Notes under the pieces: model-generated
What the model was told of the DNA's origin: nothing
What the model saw: the letters and a program-made list of their open reading frames with translations, nothing else
Databases searched by the model: none
Assembly (NCBI GenBank): GCA_965248755.1
Contig: OZ252149.1
Coordinates: forward strand, 1,792,001 to 1,856,000
DNA length: 64,000 bases
Origin: Candidatus Latescibacterota bacterium
Lineage (GTDB): Bacteria > Latescibacterota > CBDEFO01
Direction: 5' to 3'
Translations under genes and position numbers: made by a program
Part shown: positions 39,073 to 50,526 of the stretch, one piece after another
How positions within the stretch are numbered: position 1 is the first letter of the stretch
Layout: each line of letters begins with the position of its first letter

Positions 39073-39200
39073 GGGTCAGCTTCGACCTCAAATTCGCAAG
39101 ATAGGCTAAGGATCTTCAGCCACCAAGTCACAAAAGTTCACAAAGTTACTGTCTTCCTGTCACCCCCCTTATTAAGGGGGGTCGCTAACCTTAGCCTTAT

Positions 39201-39500
39201 TTAAAAGATGCCTAATTCGTCCTTGCCGTCGTCGCTCATCCTGGAGGGATCCCAAGCCGGAGACCAGACGACATTTATATTTACGTCGTCTATGTCCTCT
39301 AACTCCTTCAAGGACATATCGATCTCCGACAGTATCTGAGGACCCGCCGGACATGCTGGGCTCGTCAGGGTCATTTCGATGTTCACCTTAGACCCACTGA
39401 TGTCTACATTGTAGATAAGACCCATATCTACTATGTTCAATCCGACCTCAGGATCTTTTACTCCCTTGAGCGTCTCTTTAATTTTATCCTCTGTGATCAT
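39201..39500 (-). CDS. sufT: DUF59 metal-sulfur cluster assembly factor
   Basis: DPE..NIVDMGLIY, MTLTSPACP, WSPAW. Confidence 0.9.
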   Translation of the reverse strand: MITEDKIKETLKGVKDPEVGLNIVDMGLIYNVDISGSKVNIEMTLTSPACPAGPQILSEIDMSLKELEDIDDVNINVVWSPAWDPSRMSDDGKDELGIF

Positions 39501-39511
39501 CTTTTCGTCCT

Positions 39512-39823
39512 TTATTCGATAGAGATCTTTACATCCGATCCTTCGACCACAACCTCGTATGTCTCCACAGACTCAAACGCCGGCATGCAGAGTGCCTCTC
39601 CTGTCTTTACGTTAAACCTGGCGCCGTGTCTGGGACATTCTATCTCTTCGCCGTCCAGCTCTCCCTCAGCCAGGGGACCGCCGTCGTGCGTACACACATC
39701 ATCTATGGCGTAATACTCACCGTCCACGTTAAAAAGAGCTATCGCCAGTCCCTCCACTTCCACTAATTTCTTCTCTCCGGGAGCAAGTTCTCCCACCTCA
39801 GCTATCTTGACCAAATCTCCCAT
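39512..39823 (-). CDS. Rieske-type ferredoxin
   Basis: CTH..L.EG and ECPRHG. Confidence 0.92.
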   Translation of the reverse strand: MGDLVKIAEVGELAPGEKKLVEVEGLAIALFNVDGEYYAIDDVCTHDGGPLAEGELDGEEIECPRHGARFNVKTGEALCMPAFESVETYEVVVEGSDVKISIE

Positions 39824-39937
39824 TTCCGAATTGTTTCTCCTATTTTTTGACGAGCCAAGAGTAGACAGCCAAGGTAGAAGAGACTGCACAACCTATTTCC
39901 TGTCTACCGATCCCCAACTGAATCTATCGGGGACTGT

Positions 39938-40360
39938 CTACTTAACTTGAGCTCCGATCTCCTTTAACATCTGATCTTGACGATACTTTTCAATCGCCAG
40001 CCTTACGGTATTTAAGCCCAACGTCGAACAGCGGGGCCGCGTCAGGGCTATCTCACGGCCTAAAATGTCTATTATCGTGTCGTGAGGCAGCGCCTTGATC
40101 TCATCCAGCGTTTTGCCTTCGACCATCTCCATTACTATAGAAGCCGCAGCCATACTTAAGGTGCATCCTTCGCCTTCGAATCTGATTGCCTCTATCAGAC
40201 CATCGTCTCCGACCTTCAGATAGATAACGATAATATCCGCACAGCCCGGATTACCGCCCTTTTGTATTGCATCCGCGTCTTCCAGCCGGCCATAATTTCT
40301 CGGATCCTCATAGTGATCCATGATAAATTCGATACGCTCTTCCCGTTCCGCCTGATCCAC
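39938..40360 (-). CDS. Second U-type (IscU/NifU-N-like) scaffold
   Basis: MDHYEDPRNYG, NPGCAD, GCTLSMAAAS, RPRCSTL. Confidence 0.85.
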   Translation of the reverse strand: MDQAEREERIEFIMDHYEDPRNYGRLEDADAIQKGGNPGCADIIVIYLKVGDDGLIEAIRFEGEGCTLSMAAASIVMEMVEGKTLDEIKALPHDTIIDILGREIALTRPRCSTLGLNTVRLAIEKYRQDQMLKEIGAQVK

Positions 40361-40401
40361 TTACAATAACCTTTTATTTTTGATCTTCAAGTCTAACTAG
40401 A

Positions 40402-41247
40402 TTACGGTCTTTCAATAGGGACTCTCACAAGGTTTCCCCATTCTGTCCACGAGCCGTCGTAGTTTCGCACGTTGGAATACCCCAAAAGGTAGGTCAGCAC
40501 GAACCACGTATGGGACGACCTTTCGCCGATTCGGCAGTAGACGACCACATCGTCATCAGACTTGACGTTGTTCTCATCCCGGTATATCGCCAGAAGTTCA
40601 TCGGCCGATTTGAAGGTCTGATCCTCATTTGCGGCTCTTGCCCAGGGGATATTCGCAGCACCTGGGATATGACCTCCCCTCAAGGCTCCCTCCTGCGGAT
40701 AGTCCTCCATGTGGAGCAGTTCCCCGGTGTACTCCTTGGGCGAGCGGACATCCACAAGCGGCCTGTCCGCATCAGTGTGTCCCAACACTTCCTCTCGGAA
40801 GGATCGGATGCTGTAGTCGGGGTCTTTGGCTGTGTAGGTTGTAGCGGGGTAACTCGGAACATCCCTGGTCAGCTCCCTTTCCTCATCTATCCACTTCTGA
40901 CGGCCTCCGTTCATCACAAGGCATTTTTCGTGCCCCAAGAGCTTAAAGACCCAGAAAGCGTAGCACGCCCACCAGTTGTTCTTGTCTCCGTAGAACACAA
41001 CTGATGTATCGTTGGATATGCCCTTTTTGGACATCAGCTCCTCAAATCCTTCCCTGTCCACGTAGTCGCGCACAACCGGGTCATTGAGTTCTGTGTGCCA
41101 GTCCACCTTGACAGATCCCGGGACGTGTCCGATGTCGTAAAGCAAGACATCCTCGTCGGATTCTACGATCCTCACATTGGAATCATCCAGGTGTTCTGCA
41201 ACCCAGTCAGTGGAAACTAGCACTTCAGGATGTGCATATTCCGCCAT
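40402..41247 (-). CDS. Tandem-rhodanese thiosulfate sulfurtransferase
   Basis: [29 protein letters not shown]. Confidence 0.93.
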   Translation of the reverse strand: MAEYAHPEVLVSTDWVAEHLDDSNVRIVESDEDVLLYDIGHVPGSVKVDWHTELNDPVVRDYVDREGFEELMSKKGISNDTSVVFYGDKNNWWACYAFWVFKLLGHEKCLVMNGGRQKWIDEERELTRDVPSYPATTYTAKDPDYSIRSFREEVLGHTDADRPLVDVRSPKEYTGELLHMEDYPQEGALRGGHIPGAANIPWARAANEDQTFKSADELLAIYRDENNVKSDDDVVVYCRIGERSSHTWFVLTYLLGYSNVRNYDGSWTEWGNLVRVPIERP

Positions 41248-41319
41248 ATATTCCCTCTCCTTTTGATTAAGCTCACACTTGTTCGGATAAATGTCTGAAT
41301 CGAATTTGTATCTACGAAT

Positions 41320-42663
41320 CTATATTATGCCGAGCAGTTTTCGCTCAACTGCCGTCCTGAGATCTACCTTTACACTTTCGACGGGGATGCGCTCGAAGAC
41401 CTGCTCGAAGAATCCCTCTATTATCATGCGCTCGGCAGCTTTATGAGGGATCCCCCGGCTCATAAGATAGAAGAACTGTTCTTCATCTAGCTGGCCTATG
41501 GTCGCTCCGTGTGTGCAGCGGACGTCGTCCGCCTCTATCTCAAGACCCGGTATGGAATCTGCACGGGCGTCCTTGCTTAAAATTAGATTGTTGTTGACCT
41601 GATAGGCGTCCGTCCTTTGAGCTTGCGGACGGACCCTTATCATGCCCCGCCACACAGAGCGGGATCTATCTTTGAGGGCTCCCTTGTAGAGGAGGTCACT
41701 TGTGGTGTGAGGAGCCTTATGCTGCTGTCCGGTGTGGAAGTCTATGTGCTGACGTCTATTTGAAAAGAGCACACCTAACATCTCAGCATGGCTACCGGAT
41801 CCGTCGAGGGTAACCTCCTGATTGAGCTTGGAAAAGCGGCTCCCGAACGCCCCGATGACCCATCGTAAGTTAGCATCTCTGGAGACTATGGCTCTTTCGT
41901 GTGAGAAGTTCCAGACCTTCTGATTCCAGTTTTGTACTTTCAGGTAATTTACATCTGCTCCGGGTTTGACGAATATTTCGAGCGCGCCGACATGCAGCCC
42001 CGTGGCATCTCCCGTGGTCGAGATGTCCTCCTGAGTTAAGGTAACCTGGCTCCCCTCATCGGCTATAATAAGCGTGTGAGAAAAATCTGCCTGCCCCGGT
42101 TCTGTCAGACCCACCAAGAACTTTAAAGGCAGTTCTACCTCTACTCCCTTGGGGACATATAGAAAGACGCCGCCTGTCCACAGCGCTCCGTGAAGAGCCG
42201 TGAACTTATTGTACCCCGGCGTCACGCCATCTGTCATAAAGTGGGGCTCAACAAGGTCAGGGTGCTCTTTTGCCGCTGTCTGTAGATCGGTTAAGATGAC
42301 TCCCCGATGCACCAGATCATCGTTTATGTCGCGGTAATGGGGAAATCCATCGTTCTGAACTAAGATACCGCCAATTTTCCCGTTCTTATCGCTATCAGTC
42401 TTCAAGGATTCCGGGAGATGACTCTTTGTATCCTTCGCCAGCGCCGAAAAATGCTCCAATTTCAAAGCTCTTAGATCTGAGCGCCGCCATTCGTCCTCAT
42501 TGCTGCTGGGCATAGGGAGACTCTCAAATAGCTCCCAGGACTCCCTGCGCTTACTTCTGACCCATTCAGGTTCATCTTTACGGCTCAAAAGAGCTTCAAC
42601 TGCTTGCAAAAAATCGTCTTTACGCTCTACAACTGATTCCGTCTGCTCCAATTGTGGACTCAC
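41320..42663 (-). CDS. sufD: Fe-S assembly protein SufD
   Basis: EDEWRRSD, PGLEIEADDVRCTHGAT, FYLMSRGI. Confidence 0.93.
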   Translation of the reverse strand: MSPQLEQTESVVERKDDFLQAVEALLSRKDEPEWVRSKRRESWELFESLPMPSSNEDEWRRSDLRALKLEHFSALAKDTKSHLPESLKTDSDKNGKIGGILVQNDGFPHYRDINDDLVHRGVILTDLQTAAKEHPDLVEPHFMTDGVTPGYNKFTALHGALWTGGVFLYVPKGVEVELPLKFLVGLTEPGQADFSHTLIIADEGSQVTLTQEDISTTGDATGLHVGALEIFVKPGADVNYLKVQNWNQKVWNFSHERAIVSRDANLRWVIGAFGSRFSKLNQEVTLDGSGSHAEMLGVLFSNRRQHIDFHTGQQHKAPHTTSDLLYKGALKDRSRSVWRGMIRVRPQAQRTDAYQVNNNLILSKDARADSIPGLEIEADDVRCTHGATIGQLDEEQFFYLMSRGIPHKAAERMIIEGFFEQVFERIPVESVKVDLRTAVERKLLGII

Positions 42664-42824
42664 TCTATTGCTTGTCCTCCGTCGCTAAGTAGGGCAAACC
42701 CCAAGGGCCAGTGCGGTGCGGCCACAAGCCACGCAGTGGTTCGCCCGATTTACTCACTCTATGTAGGGGCGAGGTTCGCTCGCCCCAAGGGGGAGGATGC
42801 CGTATCTACTGTCTTCTTCCTTCG

Positions 42825-44246
42825 TTATCCGATCGATCCCTCCATCTGGAGTTCGATTAGTCTGTTCATCTCAACCGCGTACTCCATTGGAAGTTCTTTG
42901 ACCAGGGGCTCTATGAAGCCGCTGACGATCATCGTGGCAGCCTCCGCTTCGGTCAGCCCTCTGCTCATAAGGTAGAACATCTGCTCATCTCCGATCTTGC
43001 TGACCGTAGCCTCGTGTCCGATCGAAACGTCGTTTTCATCTATCTCGATGACAGGATAGGTATCCGAACGGGACTCCTCATCCAAAAGCAGGGCGTCGCA
43101 GACCACGTTCGACTTGGAACCATAAGCCCCATCGGCCACCTTCAAAAGGCCCCTGTAGCTTGCGCGCCCGCCGTCTTTGCTTATGGACTTAGACGTGATC
43201 CTGGATGAGGTATAAGGAGCGCCGTGAACAACCTTTCCTCCCGCGTCCTGATGCTGACCATTTCCGGCAAAGGCGATGGACAAAATCTCGCCCCTTGCCC
43301 CTTTGCCGAGCATATAGACGCTGGGATATTTCATCGTCAGCTTGCTACCCAAATTGCCGTCCACCCATTCCATAAGGGAGTCCTCGTATGCCACAGCCCG
43401 CTTTGTCACCAGATTATAGACGTTGTTAGCCCAGTTCTGTATCGTGGTGTATCTTACGCGAGAGTTGGGCTTGCAGATGATCTCAACGACCGCACTGTGC
43501 AGAGACTCGCTGGAGTAGGTAGGAGCTGTGCAGCCCTCCACGTAATGGACCTGGCTCCCCTCATCAACTATGATTAGCGTGCGTTCGAACTGTCCCATAT
43601 TCTCAGTATTGATCCTGAAATACGCCTGAAGGGGAACGTCTACGGTTATACCAGGCGGGACATAGATAAAGCTTCCGCCGCTCCAGACAGCAGTGTTCAA
43701 AGCGGCAAATTTATTGTCTGACGAGGGAATAATCGTTCCGAAGTACTCCTTCACAAGATCGGGGTACTCCCTGACCGCCGTGTCAGTATCCGCGAAGATG
43801 ACGCCCTGTTTCTCCAGATCTTCCTTCAGGCTGTGATAGACCACCTCAGAGTCGTACTGAGCTCCGACGCCGGCCAAAAACTTCTTTTCCGCCTCAGGGA
43901 TGCCAAGACGGTCAAAGGTCTTTTTGATGTCGTCCGGCACATCGTCCCACGAACGCTCCACTCCATCTGATGGCTTGACGTAGTAGTAGATGTTATTGAA
44001 GTCCAGATCGCCCAGATGGCCGCCCCAGTTGGGCATAGGCTTCTGATAGAAGATGTCCAGAGCCTGAAGCCGATAGTCCCGCATCCAGTCAGGCTCGCTC
44101 TTCATCTCGGAGATCTGACATACGAGCTCTCTACTGAGTCCCTTTTCGGCCTTGAACACAGATTTATCCGGGTCGTGAAACCCGTACTTATATTCGCTGG
44201 CAACACCGACGTCCTTCGTCCCTTCCGTGACTGTTTGCTCTACCAT
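42825..44246 (-). CDS. sufB: Fe-S assembly protein SufB
   Basis: [41 protein letters not shown]. Confidence 0.97.
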   Translation of the reverse strand: MVEQTVTEGTKDVGVASEYKYGFHDPDKSVFKAEKGLSRELVCQISEMKSEPDWMRDYRLQALDIFYQKPMPNWGGHLGDLDFNNIYYYVKPSDGVERSWDDVPDDIKKTFDRLGIPEAEKKFLAGVGAQYDSEVVYHSLKEDLEKQGVIFADTDTAVREYPDLVKEYFGTIIPSSDNKFAALNTAVWSGGSFIYVPPGITVDVPLQAYFRINTENMGQFERTLIIVDEGSQVHYVEGCTAPTYSSESLHSAVVEIICKPNSRVRYTTIQNWANNVYNLVTKRAVAYEDSLMEWVDGNLGSKLTMKYPSVYMLGKGARGEILSIAFAGNGQHQDAGGKVVHGAPYTSSRITSKSISKDGGRASYRGLLKVADGAYGSKSNVVCDALLLDEESRSDTYPVIEIDENDVSIGHEATVSKIGDEQMFYLMSRGLTEAEAATMIVSGFIEPLVKELPMEYAVEMNRLIELQMEGSIG

Positions 44247-44250
44247 AATC

Positions 44251-45075
44251 TTAATCCTCCTCATCTATAGTTTCGACGTCCTCAGAGACGTCTTCTGCTT
44301 TAATACCATGCTTCTCTCGAATCCCGTCATAGCCATTGGCCTCTAATTCGTGGGCAAGCTCAGGACCGCCCGATTCGACGACCCGACCGTCCATCATTAT
44401 GTGAACAAAGTCGGGCTCGATATAGTTTAATATCCTCTGGTAGTGAGTAATGATCAAAACTCCAAGATCGGGCCCTATCAGGCGATTTACTCCCTCTGAG
44501 ACCGTCCTTACAGCGTCTATGTCCAATCCTGAATCTGTCTCATCTAAAACGGCTATCTTCGGCTTGAGCATCGCCATTTGAAGTATCTCTGCCCGTTTCT
44601 TTTCGCCGCCTGAGAAGCCGTCGTTCAGATATCGTCTGGCAAAGGAGACATCCATCCCCAATTGATTCATCATCCCCCTTAACTCCTTGCGGAATTCCCG
44701 CATCGGGATCAGCTTGATAGTATCACTGCCATCTTCGTGGCCTATCCTCACGGCGCTGACAGCCATGCGAAGGAAGTTGGCCACGCTGACTCCCGGTATA
44801 GATGTGGGATACTGAAACGCAAGGAAAAGACCTTTTTTGGCGCGCTCGTCAGGCGAACTTTCAAGAATGTTCTCCCCGTCGAAGAGCACCTCCCCTTCGG
44901 TCGCTTCGTATTTTGGATACCCCATAAGGCAGTAAGACAGGGTGCTCTTCCCCGAGCCGTTGGGACCCATAAGAGCGTGTATCTCCCCCTGCTTTACGTT
45001 CAGATTCACTCCCTTTAGTATCTCTTTGCCCTCTACATTTACCTTCAGGTTCTTAACAGCAAATTCTATCCCCAT
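44251..45075 (-). CDS. sufC: Fe-S assembly ATPase SufC
   Basis: [26 protein letters not shown]. Confidence 0.97.
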   Translation of the reverse strand: MGIEFAVKNLKVNVEGKEILKGVNLNVKQGEIHALMGPNGSGKSTLSYCLMGYPKYEATEGEVLFDGENILESSPDERAKKGLFLAFQYPTSIPGVSVANFLRMAVSAVRIGHEDGSDTIKLIPMREFRKELRGMMNQLGMDVSFARRYLNDGFSGGEKKRAEILQMAMLKPKIAVLDETDSGLDIDAVRTVSEGVNRLIGPDLGVLIITHYQRILNYIEPDFVHIMMDGRVVESGGPELAHELEANGYDGIREKHGIKAEDVSEDVETIDEED

Positions 45076-45155
45076 ATTTCTTTTAACTCCCCTTCCTGAT
45101 GGAATCAAACTATCCCCAATAGAATCAATCGGGGGACTGATTCGACTATTGCAAC

Positions 45156-45782
45156 CTATTTTACACTGAAGTCACAGCACTCGCTTCCATCCATCATGCA
45201 CTCAGATAACTCCACATCTGCGTTCAGAACTCTGGTCATCATTTCCTGCTCCATCTCACAGATCTCTCGATGATCCTGGACCAATTCGTGATAGGGACAG
45301 CTAAAGACTTTGAATGTGAGTTCCTCTCCGATCTGATTCAGTTCTGCCAACATCCCTTTCTGATTTAACAAAACTATCAGTTGCGATAAACGATCCGATA
45401 TTTCCTCGCCCGTAATCTGTCCCAGATACTTCCTTGCCATACTCATCCCGACACTGTTAAGCAAAGATCGGAGTCCCTCCTTGCCGTATTGAGTCAATAT
45501 CTCCTCCAGTAAGGAGACCAGGAACTCATCGTAGTCACGGGGAAAGAGCTTCTGCCCCTTTTCTGTAAGATCATATACATCTTTGGGACGCCCGACTCCC
45601 CCGTGCACGCTCTGCTTGGCAATAAGGCCTTCAGCTAAGAGATGGCCAAGCTGATTACGAACTGCACCAGTGGTCACACCCAACGATGCCTTCAGTTCCT
45701 TGATGCCAACTGTGCCATTATGCTGTATCAGCCTGATGATCTGTGCAGCGGGCGTCTCTCCAAGCACAGTATCTAAAGACAT
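45156..45782 (-). CDS. sufR: SufR-like Fe-S-sensing transcriptional regulator
   Basis: N-terminal HTH, GVGRPK..Y.LT, CPY..ICEME..ECCDF; first gene of the suf operon. Confidence 0.85.
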   Translation of the reverse strand: MSLDTVLGETPAAQIIRLIQHNGTVGIKELKASLGVTTGAVRNQLGHLLAEGLIAKQSVHGGVGRPKDVYDLTEKGQKLFPRDYDEFLVSLLEEILTQYGKEGLRSLLNSVGMSMARKYLGQITGEEISDRLSQLIVLLNQKGMLAELNQIGEELTFKVFSCPYHELVQDHREICEMEQEMMTRVLNADVELSECMMDGSECCDFSVK

Positions 45783-45841
45783 AGATCACTCTCCTTAAGA
45801 ATCGGCTCAAACCTGTAAGACTATAACGTCCTCGCAATGGA

Positions 45842-45900
45842 AATATATGAGAAAAGGAGAGCCTTGTCAAGCTGAAAAAACAATTTTATCAATGTTTTTT
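45842..45900 (-). promoter_or_regulatory. suf operon promoter with an upstream inverted repeat
   Basis: TTGACA-N17-TATATT (45870-45842); AAAAAACA-N10-TGTTTTTT at about 45875-45900. Confidence 0.65.
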
Positions 45901-45952
45901 GATTAAATTATTTAAATGCACCCAACACTGCCCTATTTGAGGATAGCCTAAA

Positions 45953-46672
45953 CTATCTGAAGACCCAAATCCTGATGAGCATAGCCAAGGCCAGAAAGGC
46001 AGTCGTGCACACAATAAGCTTTAGAGCGCGCTGGGGACTTGCAATGAGCTCCAACGTGCTGACATGCAACCTGGTGCCGTCGCTCAGGATGAGTCCTTCG
46101 ACATTTTTTCCCCGCCTAAATGTCTTAATCCAACGACTCAGTGTTATCTCTATAGCTGCAGTCCCCGAAAGGACGGCAGCCATAACTAACGATTCGAGCG
46201 TGATGGTGACTGCGTTGATAAAATAGCTTGTGAGGAAGGGCAGCGCTCCCCAGCTTATCGAGAACCACAGGTCGGTGTGGAATCTACCCTTAAACCACTC
46301 CAGGTTATACGCCAGGGCGAAGAAACTTTCAGCGGCTATAAAGAAAAGCAGCCAATAGCTCACCTTCCAGGCATAGTAAACTCCGATAGCCACAGCCGCG
46401 CTGAGCGTGATGGCCGACAACGCATACAGAATGCTGTCTGGTATCTTTGTGCCCCAGGGGTGTCCTCTCGTCTCGTCCAGGAAGTGAGCGGCACAGCCCA
46501 ATCCCAGAAAGTAAGCGGCTAAAGTCCAGAGCAATCGGTCGACATAGAAGGTCGGCGCCCACATCGCGCCTATGATCACGTAAGCAAAGACCATCGTGGT
46601 ATAAGGAATATGCAGCAGATTGATGAAGTCTTTAGCCCTGCTGTCCTCTAAGATGTACCAGGAACCTTTCAT
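45953..46672 (-). CDS. Polytopic membrane protein, possibly UbiA-superfamily prenyltransferase-like
   Basis: About 7 TM; AHFLDE and AYNLE..RFHTD motifs; downstream of a quinone methyltransferase. Confidence 0.5.
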   Translation of the reverse strand: MKGSWYILEDSRAKDFINLLHIPYTTMVFAYVIIGAMWAPTFYVDRLLWTLAAYFLGLGCAAHFLDETRGHPWGTKIPDSILYALSAITLSAAVAIGVYYAWKVSYWLLFFIAAESFFALAYNLEWFKGRFHTDLWFSISWGALPFLTSYFINAVTITLESLVMAAVLSGTAAIEITLSRWIKTFRRGKNVEGLILSDGTRLHVSTLELIASPQRALKLIVCTTAFLALAMLIRIWVFR

Positions 46673-47050
46673 AGAGTGCGATATCCTTCTTGTGAGAGTC
46701 TTTATAAGGATCTATCTGTCCACAGCGGTCTTTTCTATATTTTCAGTATCGAGCCGAAATAGTCTGCACCAGATTGTCGAGATTCAGAATAGCAGTCCGC
46801 ATAGAAGGAGAGGCGACCTAACGGAGATTGCTTTCCCCGCTTCGTGGGTTGCTTCCTCCTCTCCCAAATAATGCACCCAGTGCTTACGACGGCTCACAAT
46901 GACGTTGCCTTGGTTTGAACCTTTAGTCATTGCGAGGGCAACGCCCAAATCTCCCATCCCCGATAGAATCAATCAGGGGCAATCGGGACTCAAGGTATCG
47001 GAGGGTTGACCTGTCTACTCACCTAACGTATCCAAGCAAGTCTTGTGCAG

Positions 47051-47764
47051 CTACTTAGTTCCGATAAAAAAAGTAACTACTCCACCTGTCAGACTGCGTC
47101 TTTGAATATTCTGCAGGCCCGCTTGCTTCATTATGGCTTCCACTTCTTCTACGGGGTAAAACTCAAGGATAGATCGGCCCAGGTACTCGAGGATGTCGTG
47201 CCATTCGGCAGAGACCAGTCTGCCAATAATGGGCAGTACCTTGAGTAGGTAGAAATAGTATATCTTCCTGAAGAGTCTATTTGGAGGGCGTGTGAAGTCC
47301 AGAGAGATGATCCTGCCGCCTGACCTGACTACACACCTCATCTCTTCGAAAGTCTCCCTGACATTTGAGACGTTGCGCAGACCTAAACTTATAGTGGCAC
47401 ATTCAAAAGTATCTGCCCGAAAAGGAAGGTCTTCTGCTCTGCCGGTGACGAACTCGACCCTTGGGAGGTGGCTCCTTTTTTCCCTTACAGCCTTAGCCTT
47501 ACGCAGCATGTTCATAGTCAAGTCCAAGCCTACCACTTTTCCATTTGATCCTGCACATTTGGCTAAGTCGAAGGCCAAGAGCCCTGTTCCAGTCGCAATG
47601 TCTAAGACTTTCGTGCCTGAATCGATACCTGATCTTTTGACGATAGTTCTTCGCCAGTGCCTATCCATGGCAAAGGTGAGGAGCCAAAGTAGAGAGTCGT
47701 ACTCATTTGTGACTCCCGAGAAGAGACGACGGACAAGCTTCGCTTTCCTATCAAATCCTGGCAT
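47051..47764 (-). CDS. menG: UbiE/MenG-family quinone methyltransferase
   Basis: YD..DRHWRR, VLDIATGTG, AEDLPF, LRNV, YLGRSI..F. Confidence 0.85.
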   Translation of the reverse strand: MPGFDRKAKLVRRLFSGVTNEYDSLLWLLTFAMDRHWRRTIVKRSGIDSGTKVLDIATGTGLLAFDLAKCAGSNGKVVGLDLTMNMLRKAKAVREKRSHLPRVEFVTGRAEDLPFRADTFECATISLGLRNVSNVRETFEEMRCVVRSGGRIISLDFTRPPNRLFRKIYYFYLLKVLPIIGRLVSAEWHDILEYLGRSILEFYPVEEVEAIMKQAGLQNIQRRSLTGGVVTFFIGTK

Positions 47765-47958
47765 ATAAATAGACCATTAGTCGGTAGAACTTTGTCAAAG
47801 AGCATAAGAATTGTAGTAATTCACTATACCTGACCGATCCAGCCTCTGAAAACCGCCGAGACCTCCTGAGACAAAAAGGCTTCAACGGCATCTGAGCTAA
47901 TATCGGCATTAGATGAGGGCAACTCCCCCACTTTGCGGCACTGTCAAAAAGTGGAAGC

Positions 47959-48114
47959 TTACTCGTAGGTCTTGAGGTCTATAAAATCTATGGAGTGATC
48001 TTTGGCGTATTCCTCCACTCGTTTTACGACCATCTCCCGAACGAAGGGAATCGGAATACGCGACACACGTCCGTAAACGTCCCCTGTGCACTTGAGGTTC
48101 GTGCCTTCAAGCAT
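47959..48114 (-). CDS. Small PCP_red-like domain protein, possibly a remnant; not in the ORF track
   Basis: MLEGTNLKCTGDVYGRVSRIPIPFVREMVVKRVEEYAKDHSIDFIDLKTYE matches the RIP.FVR..V...VE.YA pattern. Confidence 0.5.
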   Translation of the reverse strand: MLEGTNLKCTGDVYGRVSRIPIPFVREMVVKRVEEYAKDHSIDFIDLKTYE

Positions 48115-48426
48115 TCTTTTCGCCTTTCAAATCCTCAGTCAGATGGTCGCAGGTCTCTGGTACAAGTCTTTCCAACTGTTTGACTACTATCTCGACGATA
48201 GCTTGCTCAGCATCCTTAATCTTTTCTCACCTTGGAGAATATCTCATGAGAAGGTATGGCAGTTTCTATCTTCTTCATAAAGTTTATGATAAGCTCCTGG
48301 AGATACACCACCTGATCTGGAACGGACTACATTTCGTTTTCGAGAGCTCCAATACGAGAATCCTGATCCTTTTCCATGAAGCAGGTCTCCTCCCTATCTA
48401 CTGTACGCTGTCTACTTTCTATTTGT

Positions 48427-49419
48427 TTATACTACCTCCGACTCCGAAAGTTCAAAGTTGCTGTCATAAAGCCTTTCTATCTCCTTGAGCTCCTCGGGAG
48501 TCAAATCGTCGCAATCTGACGCCCCCACGAACTCATCTATATGATCCACATTGTAGATATTGGGAAGAGCAGAGGAGATGGAGGGCTCCGAAAGGACAAA
48601 TCTCAATGCCATCTGTCCTATCGTGGCATCTCTTACTTCAGTCAAAAAGCTTATCTTTTCCAATTTCTTGAGTCCTTCAGTAAGCCACTCATCCGGACGG
48701 TGGCTCCTGTGGTCATCCTTGGAGAATTTCGTGTCTTTATCGTATTTCCCTTCTAAAAGCCCCGATGAGTGAGGGACCCGCACCAGGACGCCTACGCCCT
48801 CTTCCCGGGCGACGGGAAAGAAGTCTCTCCCCGGGTCTTGCTCCAGAAGGTTATATATGATCTGAAGGGAGCATATGTCCCTCTTCTCCATCGCCGCTAA
48901 TCCCTCGTCTTTCCAGCCTATAGCCGGGCCCAGGGCCACACCGAAGTGCCTGATCTTGCCTTCATCCTGAAGTCGGGTCAGCGTGTCGAATAGATCGTCC
49001 GAATCTATGTCGTCCATCCGGGGGTTGTGAACCTGATACAGATCTATGTAATCGGTCTCCAATCTCTTCAAGCTCTCATCTGCTGCAAAGCGCACAAATT
49101 GGGGCGAAAAATCGTGCGGAAGTTCTACATGGCCCTTCCTTTCACCTGTGTCAGAATAGAAATCGTAGCCGAACTTTGTGGCGATCACAATCTGATCTCT
49201 CTTGTCCTTGAGGGCTTTCGCCAGGATCGTCTCACCCACTCCGCTGCCGTAGGTATCAGCCGTGTCGAAGAACGTAATGCCCCTGTCAAAGGCGTTCCTT
49301 AAAAGGTCTATTCCGAAATCCTCATCTGTTATTCCCCACCAGGATGTCCCTACCGTCCAGACTCCAAAGCCGACCTCTGACACCGCTATATCAGTATTTC
49401 CCAAATTCCTATATCTCAT
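48427..49419 (-). CDS. Aldo/keto reductase
   Basis: [38 protein letters not shown]. Confidence 0.93.
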   Translation of the reverse strand: MRYRNLGNTDIAVSEVGFGVWTVGTSWWGITDEDFGIDLLRNAFDRGITFFDTADTYGSGVGETILAKALKDKRDQIVIATKFGYDFYSDTGERKGHVELPHDFSPQFVRFAADESLKRLETDYIDLYQVHNPRMDDIDSDDLFDTLTRLQDEGKIRHFGVALGPAIGWKDEGLAAMEKRDICSLQIIYNLLEQDPGRDFFPVAREEGVGVLVRVPHSSGLLEGKYDKDTKFSKDDHRSHRPDEWLTEGLKKLEKISFLTEVRDATIGQMALRFVLSEPSISSALPNIYNVDHIDEFVGASDCDDLTPEELKEIERLYDSNFELSESEVV

Positions 49420-49577
49420 TATGTTTATGTCCTTTCTTAAGACCGATTCGAGTGATCTTCCCAACCCCTTGAGCTAATCTCCCGCCCTTTGGGGACAGCG
49501 CTCATGCAGAAGTGAGCCAAGTGGACGTTGCATCCCCTGTTCAGATTCCACGATACGCAATAGACCCTGCGGTCTCT

Positions 49578-50441
49578 TCAGTTCTCCTGTTTTCCCCTTT
49601 CTTCTCCAGAGAGCTCTCCGCTTGGCTTTGATACTTTGTGGGAGCCCCCTTCGAATACGGCGCAAACAGGATCGTCCCGGGCTACAGCTCCGACGATAAC
49701 ACGGCAGATCGTATTACAGGAAAGCAAGAAGCTGGCTATGATCTTTGCCGTTTTTAGCCTTTCTTCTCCGTCCCTGCTGAGTCGACGTTCCACCTTATTG
49801 ATAAGAGGGATGCAAGATGCGCCCGGCGGCGCTCCCTTCAGGCCGCCTTCTGGATGAGCCAGCACCTCTGCCACTGTTTCGGGCGTGATTATCTGGCCCT
49901 GCCGCAGCCCTGTCAAGGACTCCACCAGCTCCGGCCTGTGCACATACTGCTCTGAGAGCGTCTTCCCCACGGCGTCAACGCCCACAACGGGGATCAAAAT
50001 CGTCGTAGAGCCAGGCACTATGGGCTCATGGGCAGCGGGGGCCTTGAAGGGACGCCCCCTGCACCCGTCGGCTTCGACGATAACTGCATCCACCGCCGGT
50101 ATATCTCTGATCTGTTCGATCAGTTCGGGAGCTAGTCCCTCTATCCGCGGCAGCCATCCTGTACCCCTGGTCAGGCGTCCGGCGGCTACGGTGACGTGTC
50201 CGTACTCCTTAAGCGCGTCTTCTACCCGTGAGAGCAGCTCGTCCGGCTCCGGCGCGACTATAAGCTGCTGGCTCTGATCTTGCGCAGGCGGGGCGATCAT
50301 CGTTGTGGACGTAGTCACAACGCGCCATCCATCCTCCCTCAATTCCCGCGCTAATCTGTACATAGCCGTCGTCTTGCCCCCGGCTCCCACAAGCGAGACG
50401 ACGGCTCCACTCTTGACTTTTAGAGCTTGGCTCAGATACAA
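49578..50441 (-). CDS. yqeC: Selenium-dependent molybdenum hydroxylase accessory protein YqeC
   Basis: VGAGGKTT, VVTTSTT, VEADG..GRPFKAPAAHEP, HRPE, LINK. Confidence 0.88.
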   Translation of the reverse strand: MYLSQALKVKSGAVVSLVGAGGKTTAMYRLARELREDGWRVVTTSTTMIAPPAQDQSQQLIVAPEPDELLSRVEDALKEYGHVTVAAGRLTRGTGWLPRIEGLAPELIEQIRDIPAVDAVIVEADGCRGRPFKAPAAHEPIVPGSTTILIPVVGVDAVGKTLSEQYVHRPELVESLTGLRQGQIITPETVAEVLAHPEGGLKGAPPGASCIPLINKVERRLSRDGEERLKTAKIIASFLLSCNTICRVIVGAVARDDPVCAVFEGGSHKVSKPSGELSGEERGKQEN

Positions 50442-50526
50442 CGTAGTTCATCCAACTTAAGGCCGATCCGTCAGGGATTCCGGGCGTCTGGACGTTTGCC
50501 AGCCGCTGCAACACCGGATGACACGC

